DNA of 64,000 nt from Chryseotalea sanaruensis (GTDB lineage Bacteria > Bacteroidota > Bacteroidia > Cytophagales > Cyclobacteriaceae). The stretch is taken from assembly GCF_003990915.1 (NCBI RefSeq), contig NZ_BHXQ01000001.1:177402-241401 (forward strand), read 5' to 3'. Made by a program: the position numbers and the translations under genes. Below, piece after piece: positions 19,768 to 28,505 of the stretch (positions are counted from its first letter, which is position 1; each line of letters opens with the position of its first letter). The notes under the pieces were generated by a model. The model ran no database searches. It was not told the origin of the DNA and saw only the letters and a program-made list of their open reading frames with translations.

Positions 19768-19855
19768 TTGATGTGCTGATGAGTTGATTCGTTAATTCGT
19801 TGATGGGATAATTCGTTGATTGATTTGAAAATTTTGATTCTTTATAAAGCAGCAC

Positions 19856-19893
19856 AAAAAAAAAGCCACTGATTTTGTCAGTGGCTTTTTTAT
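19856..19893. terminator. Bidirectional rho-independent terminator
   Basis: 'aaaaaaaaa-agccactga-ttttg-tcagtggct-tttttt'. Confidence 0.75.
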
Positions 19894-19923
19894 AATTTCA
19901 AATTTCAAATTTCAAGTTTGAAA

Positions 19924-20904
19924 TTAATCTCTATACATCACCGCTTTCACCGCCTTTACAGTCTTTTCTACATTGGGTAAAATAGCCTGAATTAAAGTAG
20001 GTGCATAGGGAAGTGGCACATCAAAACTGTTTACACGTTGAATAGGTGCATCCAGATAATCGAAGGCGTGCTTCTGTACGTGGTAGGTTATTTCTGTAGC
20101 AATGGAAGACAAAGGCCAAGCCTCTTCAACGATTACTAGTCGATTGGTTTTCTTAACAGACTCCACAATAGCCACGTAATCAATCGGACGAACTGAACGC
20201 AAATCGATAACTTCACAGGAGATACCATCTTTCTGCAATTCCTCTGCAGCAGCCAAAGCTACTTTCATGATTTTACCGAAGGAAACGATTGTTACATCAG
20301 TACCCTCACGCTTTGTATCAGCGACACCAATTGGTATCAGGTATTCTTCAGCGGGTACATGCATCTTTTCACCATACATCACCTCCGACTCCATAAAAAT
20401 TACAGGGTCGTTGTCACGAATGGCAGTCTTCAACAAACCTTTTGCATCATATGGATTTGAAGGTACTACTACCTTTAATCCTGGCGTATTAGCATACCAG
20501 TTTTCAAAGTTCTGAGAGTGCTGTGCACCTAGTTGGCCTGCATTACCGGTAGGACCTCTGAACACGATAGGTACATTTATCTGGCCACCAGACATAGACA
20601 GCATTTTAGCAGCTGAGCTGATAATAGGGTCTATAGCAACCAAAGAGAAGTTAAAAGTCATGAACTCTATGATCGGACGCAGACCATTCATGGCAGCACC
20701 CACACCAATACCGGCAAAGCCGAGCTCAGCGATAGGAGTATCGATCACGCGGTCAGGACCAAACTCATCCAACATACCCTGGCTTACTTTGTAAGCACCA
20801 TTATATTCTGCCACTTCTTCACCCATTAAAAATACGCTAGGGTCTCTGCGCATTTCTTCATTCATGGCTTCACGAAGGGCTTCTCTAAACTGAATTTCTC
20901 TCAT
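19924..20904 (-). CDS. 2-oxoacid (pyruvate/acetoin) dehydrogenase E1 component beta subunit
   Basis: 'LMGEEVAEYNGAYKVSQGMLDEFGPDRVIDTPIAELGFAGIGVGAAMNGLRPIIEFMTFNF' is the transketolase-like pyrimidine-binding and C-terminal domain. No E1-alpha gene is adjacent. Confidence 0.8.
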   Translation of the reverse strand: MREIQFREALREAMNEEMRRDPSVFLMGEEVAEYNGAYKVSQGMLDEFGPDRVIDTPIAELGFAGIGVGAAMNGLRPIIEFMTFNFSLVAIDPIISSAAKMLSMSGGQINVPIVFRGPTGNAGQLGAQHSQNFENWYANTPGLKVVVPSNPYDAKGLLKTAIRDNDPVIFMESEVMYGEKMHVPAEEYLIPIGVADTKREGTDVTIVSFGKIMKVALAAAEELQKDGISCEVIDLRSVRPIDYVAIVESVKKTNRLVIVEEAWPLSSIATEITYHVQKHAFDYLDAPIQRVNSFDVPLPYAPTLIQAILPNVEKTVKAVKAVMYRD

Positions 20905-20969
20905 AATTGTAAGAAAGTGCGTAAAAATAGTATGACCAGACCTAGTATAAAAGCCCGCCAGTCATTTTA

Positions 20970-21006
20970 AATAAATAAAAAACCCCTCTGCTTGCGCAGA
21001 AGGGTT
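20970..21006 (-). terminator. Rho-independent terminator after the 591-aa lipoprotein gene
   Basis: Hairpin 'cccctctgc-ttgc-gcagaaggg' followed by a U-run on the minus strand. Confidence 0.55.
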
Positions 21007-21030
21007 TCTCATCCAATGATTGTGTTTTGC

Positions 21031-22806
21031 TTATTTCAAAGCATTGCGGAACGTTTCGGTAGCCGCAAACTTAGAGAATTCAAGATCAGATAGGGCAGCC
21101 TGCTTCAAAGAAGAATCGATGCGTACAGCAGCTGTTAAGCTTTCTACCACCTTATCAGCATTACCTAAACGAGCATGCGCTACAGCTGCACCGTAGTGAG
21201 CGATAGCCAGGTTGCTGTTTTTGCCAGTAGCTTCACCGAATGAAGTAACAGCATTTTGGTAATCCTTATTCAAGACCTGAGCAAGACCTTTGTTGAAAGC
21301 GTTGTCAGCATTGTCAGTAGCAGATGAAGTTGAACGAACAGCTTCAGCATATTGAGCCTTAACGATCTCAGTAGCGCCTTTAACGCCATTTACACCGCGG
21401 CTGTTATCAGAAGATAAGTTCTTGCCAAGGGCAGCAGTAGCATGGTTGTAAGCAGCGTAAGCATTGCCCATCATCATGTTTACAGAAGCCAGGTTAGCGT
21501 GAACTTCGCCTGTTGCATTAATCTTAGCAGCGATATCTAATTGAGCCTTAGCCTTGTTAGCAAGGTCAGTAGCATTTGCCGGGTTTTCGATAGCTTGAGC
21601 GATGTAAACAGCGCCTAAGTTATTGTGAGCATTCCAGTTGGTACCTTTTTTGGTAGCTGCTTCGTAGATAGCTGCTTTTTCTTCTAAAGAAGGAGTAAGC
21701 GTTGCAGCGTACATCATTTCTTCGAAAGAAAGTGCATCAGTAGAAACTGAACCACCAACTATTTGCTTAGCTAAAACAGAGATTTCAGCATCTGTCTTCT
21801 TATCTTTTACAGTTAAGATTTCAGTTTTAGCAGTACGTAAACCAGGATATACTTCTTTGAAAACTTTCTTGTAAGAAGCTAATTTCTTCAATTCCTTCTC
21901 TTGAGCTTCAAAATCAGAGCCATTGTTAACAATGTTCAAGAAAGCAGATTTCTCTTCAGAAGAGATGCCTTCGTAAGCAGACAAAGCCTTCTTAAACTCA
22001 GCCCAATCTTCAACTACAGGCTTAATGATAAACTTGATAGAATCAGCTTTGCCTTTGTAGTCATATTTTTTCATTTGAGCGCGATAGTATTTTTCAATAG
22101 CAGCCGCACGCTCTTCAGATAGTTTTTTGTTGATACGTTCAGCACCTTCAGGAGAGTGAGTACCTGTGATAGTTACTGTACGCGTTAAGTTTTTAGCTGC
22201 GATAAATGCATCTAGTTGCTTTCCTTTATCTGCTCTTGTTTCAGAAGTACGTAATACTGAACGGCCCTGTTCGAAAATAAAATCAGGGATAACAACAGGA
22301 ACAATTTCTTCAGCGTTGTTGTAACCATGTGCTGCGAAAGCAGCGTGGTATACAGGCTTCACTAATTTAGAAGTAGTGATAAGTCCAGTAGCAACCTGCA
22401 TGCGTGGAGTAGTCTTAGACTTACCTTTAGCTGAGGCTACACCTTCGATTTCCATAACACCAGTTTTCATGGCTGGTTGGTAAGGGAATGAGAAAGATTT
22501 AGTTGCTCTTGGCTGTTCTGTTCCTGAATTTGGATAGTCTTCAGCTTTAATTTCAATTGAGCTAATGGCTAATTCCTGGTCGTTATACTTGTAAAAAGGG
22601 TTAATCGTATAAGATGTTCCTTTCTTAAGCATTTTTACAGGGAGGTTGGCAGCCATATCGAAGGCTACGGTATCCTTGTGAACTTCTAGGGGGTTAGGAG
22701 TAACAGTCAATTGTTGCTCTTTTGCCTTCTTAATCATTTGGGGCAATGTACAGCCCGCCATGGTTAAGGTAGCCAAGATGAGTAGCGAGTAAACTAATTT
22801 TCTCAT
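21031..22806 (-). CDS. Lipoprotein with OmpA-like domain and Ala-rich TPR-like C-terminal repeats (hypothetical)
   Basis: Lipobox 'LTMAGCT'. 'VTITGTHSPEGAERINKKLSEERAAAIEKYY' resembles OmpA/MotB peptidoglycan-binding motifs. The C-terminal ~250 aa is Ala/Asn-rich helical repeats. Confidence 0.5.
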   Translation of the reverse strand: MRKLVYSLLILATLTMAGCTLPQMIKKAKEQQLTVTPNPLEVHKDTVAFDMAANLPVKMLKKGTSYTINPFYKYNDQELAISSIEIKAEDYPNSGTEQPRATKSFSFPYQPAMKTGVMEIEGVASAKGKSKTTPRMQVATGLITTSKLVKPVYHAAFAAHGYNNAEEIVPVVIPDFIFEQGRSVLRTSETRADKGKQLDAFIAAKNLTRTVTITGTHSPEGAERINKKLSEERAAAIEKYYRAQMKKYDYKGKADSIKFIIKPVVEDWAEFKKALSAYEGISSEEKSAFLNIVNNGSDFEAQEKELKKLASYKKVFKEVYPGLRTAKTEILTVKDKKTDAEISVLAKQIVGGSVSTDALSFEEMMYAATLTPSLEEKAAIYEAATKKGTNWNAHNNLGAVYIAQAIENPANATDLANKAKAQLDIAAKINATGEVHANLASVNMMMGNAYAAYNHATAALGKNLSSDNSRGVNGVKGATEIVKAQYAEAVRSTSSATDNADNAFNKGLAQVLNKDYQNAVTSFGEATGKNSNLAIAHYGAAVAHARLGNADKVVESLTAAVRIDSSLKQAALSDLEFSKFAATETFRNALK

Positions 22807-22962
22807 TGGAATACGTTTTTGGTTAGTTTTAGAGTTGTATAACTACTTTGATGTAATTTTTGTGCAATAATAGTCAAAAAAATGTGATTTGGCCGAAATT
22901 TGAGAATCTGACAATGCCTAACTTTGTTACCAAGTTCCTGTTTTTCCGATAAAGTGTAGATT

Positions 22963-23217
22963 TTGAAGTTAAAACCCGAGTTAATCTTTATGAAAAGTTT
23001 AGTGAATCAAATTCAATTTTTGTGGGAAAACTATGCTTTTGGTGTGTGTCACAGGTTAGGTGAAAAGCTTGGTGTGGCTACCTGGAGCATTCGCCTTTTC
23101 TTTATCTATGCTTCTTTTATTACCTATGGATCACCCATTTTCGTCTATTTGGCCTTAGCTTTCATCATGAATCTACGCAGATATCAACGGAAAAGAGCCC
23201 ATATCTGGGATTTTTAA
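22963..23217 (+). CDS. PspC-domain small membrane protein
   Basis: 'GVCHRLGEKLGVATWSIRLFFIYASFITYGSPIFVYLALAFIM' matches the PspC-domain pattern. The true start may be the internal Met ('MKSLVNQ'). Confidence 0.55.
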   Translation: MKLKPELIFMKSLVNQIQFLWENYAFGVCHRLGEKLGVATWSIRLFFIYASFITYGSPIFVYLALAFIMNLRRYQRKRAHIWDF

Positions 23218-23270
23218 TTCAATATTAAGATTCCCTGATCAACCTTGAAGCATATGTTTAACCACTTTAT

Positions 23271-23339
23271 AACCGCAAAGAGCACAAAGATTCGCGGAGT
23301 TAGGGATCTTCTTCGCGAACCTTAGCGTCCTCTTCGGTT
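23271..23339. repeat. Fourth, dispersed copy of the hairpin repeat family seen at 11441-11743
   Basis: 'AACCGCAAAGagcacaaagattcgcggagttagggatcttcttcGCGAACCTTAGCGTCCTCTTCGGTT' shares the family termini and internal 'gattcgc / gatcttc' blocks. Confidence 0.45.
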
Positions 23340-23396
23340 TTAATACAATTCTAAGCGCAAAGGTTTTTTTAATTATAGGTCACTAAATTTTAGTTA

Positions 23397-24392
23397 TTAT
23401 ATTGATGGCTTTCTCTTCTCTATAAAGTGTTGCCATATCAGTAAGCCTGAATAAATCCCTGTCAATCTGGGGTTATGGCTTGACGTTCGCTTGCTCAGGG
23501 TTGATCCAAGCTTTACAAAAAAAACATCTCCATGTGCACAAACTATAGCCCAGGCATGTTTGCCTTGGCCTGTCAATAAGAAGCGCAGAGCCGCTACATA
23601 GTCTAGCATTACTCGAAAAGGAAGTTTCCAGAGGAGGGCCGAAAATGTTAGGTTCTTGATAAGTAACGAAAGTCCATTTCTAAAATTCAGGTAAGTCTTC
23701 TTCGGGTTTACTTTAGCTAATGTTCCACCACCCACATGATATACAGTGCTATCCCCAACATAATAAATGGAATGCCCTTGTCGCTTTAAGCGCCAGCATA
23801 GATCAATTTCTTCCATGTGCGCGAAGAAGTCTTCGTCCAGACCACCAAGTTGGTGATACAGTTTACTGCGCACGACCATACAAGCACCAGTAGCCCAGAA
23901 TATTTCTTTAGTGTCATTGTACTGGCCAAGGTCTTTCTCTAATTCATCAAAAATTCTTCCTCGGCAAAAGGGATAGCCTAAGCTGTCAATGAAACCACCA
24001 GCTGCTCCGGCATATTCAAAGTATTCTTTGTTGTGAAAGGATTTTATTTTAGGCTGAACCGCTGCAACATTGAGATTATTATCCAAAAATTGTACAACCG
24101 GCTGAAGCCATAGCGCTGTTACTTCAACATCAGAATTGAGCAACACATAATAATCGGCATTAACTTCTTGTAAGGCTCGGTTATAGCCACCGCAGAATCC
24201 GAAATTGTTTTTCAGCTGTATGAGGCGTACAGTCGGAAACTCCTTTGTAAGTATAGTAATAGATTGATCAGTGGAGGCGTTGTCAGCTACTATGATTTCC
24301 GCCTCATTACTGTATTCAATAACAGCAGGAAGAAATTGGCGGAGAAAATGCTCTCCGTTATAGTTTAAAATAACAACTGCTACTGTACTCAA
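23397..24392 (-). CDS. Family 2 glycosyltransferase
   Basis: 'VAVVILNYNGEHFLRQFLPAV...IIVADNASTD' and the 'DxD'-type 'LLNSDVEV' motifs. Confidence 0.8.
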   Translation of the reverse strand: MSTVAVVILNYNGEHFLRQFLPAVIEYSNEAEIIVADNASTDQSITILTKEFPTVRLIQLKNNFGFCGGYNRALQEVNADYYVLLNSDVEVTALWLQPVVQFLDNNLNVAAVQPKIKSFHNKEYFEYAGAAGGFIDSLGYPFCRGRIFDELEKDLGQYNDTKEIFWATGACMVVRSKLYHQLGGLDEDFFAHMEEIDLCWRLKRQGHSIYYVGDSTVYHVGGGTLAKVNPKKTYLNFRNGLSLLIKNLTFSALLWKLPFRVMLDYVAALRFLLTGQGKHAWAIVCAHGDVFFVKLGSTLSKRTSSHNPRLTGIYSGLLIWQHFIEKRKPSI

Positions 24393-24447
24393 TTGATAAC
24401 GATTGATGATGAAAGGTCAGTTATATAAGAAATAATGAAGGCCTATT

Positions 24448-24786
24448 TTAACCACCCATTAAGCTACCCAAATCCATACCTGGAATATTTGGCAACAATC
24501 CCTCTGTGCTTTTCTTTAACGATTCTTTGGCGAGTATCTCCGCCTCATCACTCGCCTTATTCACAGCCGCAATAATCAGGTCTTGTAAAATGCCTTTGTC
24601 TTCTGATTTTATTAATGAAGGATCTATGGTAAGCGACATTAGCTGACGTTTTCCGTTGACTGTAGCCTGTACCATGCCACCGCCCGATTCACCATTGGCA
24701 CTTATATTTACCAGATTATCTTGTGCTTCTTTGATGCGGGCCTGCACTTCTTTCATTTTGCCCATCATCTTCATCATATCAAACAT
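24448..24786 (-). CDS. ybaB: Nucleoid-associated protein YbaB/EbfC
   Basis: 'MGKMKEVQARIKEAQDNL...ATVNGKRQLMSLTIDPSL...DLIIAAVNKASDEA' is a typical YbaB. Confidence 0.85.
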   Translation of the reverse strand: MFDMMKMMGKMKEVQARIKEAQDNLVNISANGESGGGMVQATVNGKRQLMSLTIDPSLIKSEDKGILQDLIIAAVNKASDEAEILAKESLKKSTEGLLPNIPGMDLGSLMGG

Positions 24787-24977
24787 AGCTATTGAGTTTA
24801 ATTGTACATCGGGTGCGAAAATACAGGAAAGGATTAACTTAGTTAAGTCTTGGACTTTCTTTTGCCATAGATTTCAAAGATTCTCACGGATCATGGAAAC
24901 GTATCTGTGGAAATTTATGAAACCTGTGCATCCGGCTGGCGGATCTGTGGTTTCTAAAAGTGAAAGCAATAGTTGAA

Positions 24978-26903
24978 TTACTTTTTACGCATCAGTACAA
25001 CGGCACCGGATTCAGTAAAAATTCTTCCGGTAAAGTCAGTGATATTTGATACGAAAGCATAAGTTCCATCGGGTTGATCAACACCGCGGAATGTGCCGTC
25101 CCACCCCTGATCAATGCTGTTGGAGGTAAAGACCAGTTCGCCCCAGCGGTTGAATATTTTCATTTCGAAAGAAGAAATGTACTGACCAAAAACCCTGAAG
25201 ATTTCGTTTTCAACAGGCCCTTGATCATCTGGAGTAAATGCGCGTGGGTAAAATAAATTTGGTCTTCGAATTACCTCCAATCTGTTGGATGTAGCAGCTC
25301 CAAGCGCGCCATCATTAGGCAGCACAAAAATTCTGTAATAGGTTTGTTGATTAAAAAGATCAACTTCATTGTCCGTAAAAGTGTTGACATTACCCACATT
25401 GAATACGCGCAGTAATCCCCCAGACTGCGAATACTTCTCCAGGCGATAACCAACAATGCCATTGGTCCAACCCTGATAGTTAGTCCAGGAGAGATTAACA
25501 GCATTATCGGTGCTTAGGTTAGCGCTTAATACTACGGGGCAAGCTTCTGGGCTCAGGTTACTTTTATTCTCGCAGGCATCATCATATAAAATTTGATAAC
25601 ACGCATTAGTAGCAAGTTCAATTGCAGTATCGGTAAATGGTGATTGCGTGTCGGTTTCCAGAAATGCATACGTACCACCATTGGTATTCTTGTATATGTA
25701 ATACACTGTGGCTTGAGGGGCATCTGTCCATACTAATTCAGCTTCTTCATTGTCGTTGATGCTTGCCGTAATATCTGTAAGGGCAGGTGGTTGTTGATTA
25801 GTAAAACTCTCTACACATTTTATCAACGAAGTAGATGTTGCACCATCAGCATAATTGGCAGTAAGCCGATAACAATGTTCTTCATTGCAAATACTTTCTG
25901 TATCGTTAATGGTGGTAAGGGCAGGAGAGACGCCCCCGAAATAACTCGCTTGATCATCTCTTCCCACACTGTAGGCCGTTACACCCGTATTGTTGCCAAT
26001 CCAGTCAAGTCGATTAAAGCCGTCTTGCGCAGTGGCATTTAAACGCACGGAGCAAATAATAGGTGAAGTGTTAGCGGCAGTATTTGTGCAGGCATCAATG
26101 GAGCTGATTCTGTAACAATAATATGCACTGTTGTTACTTAAGTTACTCACCGTATCACGGTTGTCCTCAAAAGTAAATTTTAACTGCTGAAATGTTGAGG
26201 CATTGTTAAGCGCAATATCAATTCTGCTTAATGTGTTAACGGGTAAAATGTAGCGCAGATCAATTTCACTTTCGTTGATGGCAGTAAGCGAATTGAAATT
26301 ACCAGGAGCCACAGCCGCCACGGCTGTTATATTCTTTTGTAAAGTAGCGCAGTTATCAGCAGCATTCAGGTTGCGTCCACGTACAGAAACAGTTTTGGCA
26401 CCTGCTGTAGCTAAAGTATGGTTGTCCTTTGCCAGCGAACCTGAGGGAACGGTTGTACTCGTACCATCACTATAATTGATTATATATTGATTGTACACAT
26501 TGTCATTGATTTTTACCTGAACACCATTGCCATTACAAGTATAGAGATCAAAATCAGGTTGAAGATTAGCGACCACTTCAATTTGTATGTCATCTACTTC
26601 ATTGGCTGCACATTGATTACTGTAACATACTTTTAATAAATAAATACCAGGTGTTGTGTAAGTAAAAGAAGCAGGTGATGTGTTACGACTATCGGCAGGT
26701 TGTGTAAAGCCGTCACCCAGAAAATCAATTATACAAGGATTTGCACCGCAGCCTCCAGGCAAAAGGGTTTCAAAAGTAACGGTAAGTGGCGCACATCCTT
26801 TTCTCTCATCGACCCGAAAGCGACCAAGCCTGCTCGTATACGGTTGAGCGAAGGCCAGTGTTGTGCTCAGGAGTAAAAAGAAAAAAAAGGAAAAACGAAT
26901 CAT
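24978..26903 (-). CDS. Large secreted adhesin-like protein with T9SS type-B C-terminal sorting domain
   Basis: Signal peptide. C-terminal 'IFNRWGELVFTSNSIDQGWDGTFRGVDQPDGTYAFVS' is a gliding-motility-associated CTD (TIGR04131-like). Overlaps hutH by 4 bp. Confidence 0.7.
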   Translation of the reverse strand: MIRFSFFFFLLLSTTLAFAQPYTSRLGRFRVDERKGCAPLTVTFETLLPGGCGANPCIIDFLGDGFTQPADSRNTSPASFTYTTPGIYLLKVCYSNQCAANEVDDIQIEVVANLQPDFDLYTCNGNGVQVKINDNVYNQYIINYSDGTSTTVPSGSLAKDNHTLATAGAKTVSVRGRNLNAADNCATLQKNITAVAAVAPGNFNSLTAINESEIDLRYILPVNTLSRIDIALNNASTFQQLKFTFEDNRDTVSNLSNNSAYYCYRISSIDACTNTAANTSPIICSVRLNATAQDGFNRLDWIGNNTGVTAYSVGRDDQASYFGGVSPALTTINDTESICNEEHCYRLTANYADGATSTSLIKCVESFTNQQPPALTDITASINDNEEAELVWTDAPQATVYYIYKNTNGGTYAFLETDTQSPFTDTAIELATNACYQILYDDACENKSNLSPEACPVVLSANLSTDNAVNLSWTNYQGWTNGIVGYRLEKYSQSGGLLRVFNVGNVNTFTDNEVDLFNQQTYYRIFVLPNDGALGAATSNRLEVIRRPNLFYPRAFTPDDQGPVENEIFRVFGQYISSFEMKIFNRWGELVFTSNSIDQGWDGTFRGVDQPDGTYAFVSNITDFTGRIFTESGAVVLMRKK

Positions 26904-28396
26904 TTGTTCAATTCAATATTTTTTAAAAAATCTTCTGCTTTTTTCATGTCATTGTGCATCAAGCGATCTTCTTGTATAAACGAAACTTCCTTCCTGAAAG
27001 TATCTACAAAGTTTTCCAGGAAAGGGGAAGTATGCAAGGGTTTTCTGAATTCAATCGCCTGTGCAGCCGTCAATAGTTCTATGGCCAATATTGAATACAA
27101 ATTATTCACCACTTTATACACCTTGGTGGCTGCATTGGCCCCCATGCTCACATGGTCTTCCTGTCCGTTAGAGGAAACAATAGAATCTACAGAGGCAGGC
27201 GTACACAATTGCTTATTTTGACTTACAATAGAAGCAGCAGTGTATTGGGGGATCATCATACCTGAGTTAATACCCGGATTGGCCACAAGGTAATTCGGTA
27301 AATCGCGCGAACCAGAGATGAGCTGAAAAGTTCTGCGTTCTGAAATATTGCCCAATTCTGCTACCGCGATGGCAAGAAAATCGAGTGCCAAGGCTAAGGG
27401 CTGACCGTGAAAATTACCACCAGATAAAATGGCATCCTCATCAGGGAAGACATTCGGATTATCAGTAACGCTATTAGCTTCTTTCAGCATTACCTGACTG
27501 ACATACGCAATGGTATCAGCACTGGCGCCATGCACTTGCGGAATACAACGGAAGGAGTAGGGGTCTTGTACGTGTTTTTTCGGCTGACGAATAATTTCAG
27601 AGCCTTTGAGCAATTCGCGAATGGTTGCCGCAACATTTACTTGGCCTGCATGCGGACGAACTGCGTGTATTTTTTCATCGAAAGCTTCAATGCGGCCGTC
27701 AAAGGCATCCAGTGAAAGTGCTCCGATAATGTTGGCCAGTTTTAGAATACGATTGGCATGTAAAGTACACCACACCCCGTATGCCAGCATAAACTGTGTG
27801 CCATTAAGCAAAGCCAATCCTTCTTTAGATTGTAAATGCAAAGGATTCCATTGAAAAGTCTTGTTGAAAAGTATTGCCGGAGTTTTTACCTGCTTTACGT
27901 AAGCTTCACCTTCGTTTAGCATGGGTAAACATAAATGTGCTAAGGGAGCTAAATCACCTGAAGCACCGAGTGAACCCATTTCATAAACTACAGGATACAC
28001 TTCATGATTAAAGAAATCCACTAAACGTTGCGCAGTACTTACTTGTACACCTGAGTTACCATAAGCCAATGATTGTACTTTCAGAAAAAGCATTAAGCGC
28101 ACAATATCTGAGGGTACTTCGGCACCAATGCCACAAGCGTGCGACTTCACTAAATTCTCCTGTAACTTTTCGAGTTGATCGGAAGAAATGTTTTTGTTGT
28201 ATAGTGAGCCAAAGCCTGTGTTAATGCCATAAATGGGAGCACTCGACTTTTTTAATTTATCATTCAAATAAAGTCTGCACTTTTCAATGCGCATTTTGGC
28301 TTCATCCGAAAGCGACAAAGTACCAGAAGAGAAGACAATTTTCTCGAGCGTCTCTAAGCTTATGGTTTCGGTAGATATGGCGTGCTTAAATGACAT
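26900..28396 (-). CDS. hutH: Histidine ammonia-lyase (MIO-dependent aromatic amino acid lyase family)
   Basis: 'GSLGASGDLAPLAHL' carries the ASG triad that forms the MIO cofactor. Overall HAL-like length of 498 aa. Confidence 0.8.
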   Translation of the reverse strand: MSFKHAISTETISLETLEKIVFSSGTLSLSDEAKMRIEKCRLYLNDKLKKSSAPIYGINTGFGSLYNKNISSDQLEKLQENLVKSHACGIGAEVPSDIVRLMLFLKVQSLAYGNSGVQVSTAQRLVDFFNHEVYPVVYEMGSLGASGDLAPLAHLCLPMLNEGEAYVKQVKTPAILFNKTFQWNPLHLQSKEGLALLNGTQFMLAYGVWCTLHANRILKLANIIGALSLDAFDGRIEAFDEKIHAVRPHAGQVNVAATIRELLKGSEIIRQPKKHVQDPYSFRCIPQVHGASADTIAYVSQVMLKEANSVTDNPNVFPDEDAILSGGNFHGQPLALALDFLAIAVAELGNISERRTFQLISGSRDLPNYLVANPGINSGMMIPQYTAASIVSQNKQLCTPASVDSIVSSNGQEDHVSMGANAATKVYKVVNNLYSILAIELLTAAQAIEFRKPLHTSPFLENFVDTFRKEVSFIQEDRLMHNDMKKAEDFLKNIELNK

Positions 28397-28505
28397 TTAT
28401 AAAAGTTAGTTTAATGAATGTTTTGATTGGATATTTAACAACATGCTGTGATAATAAAATTGGTTAGGTTTTATTTCGGGATATGTCCCGATCACAGTTA
28501 GTTGG

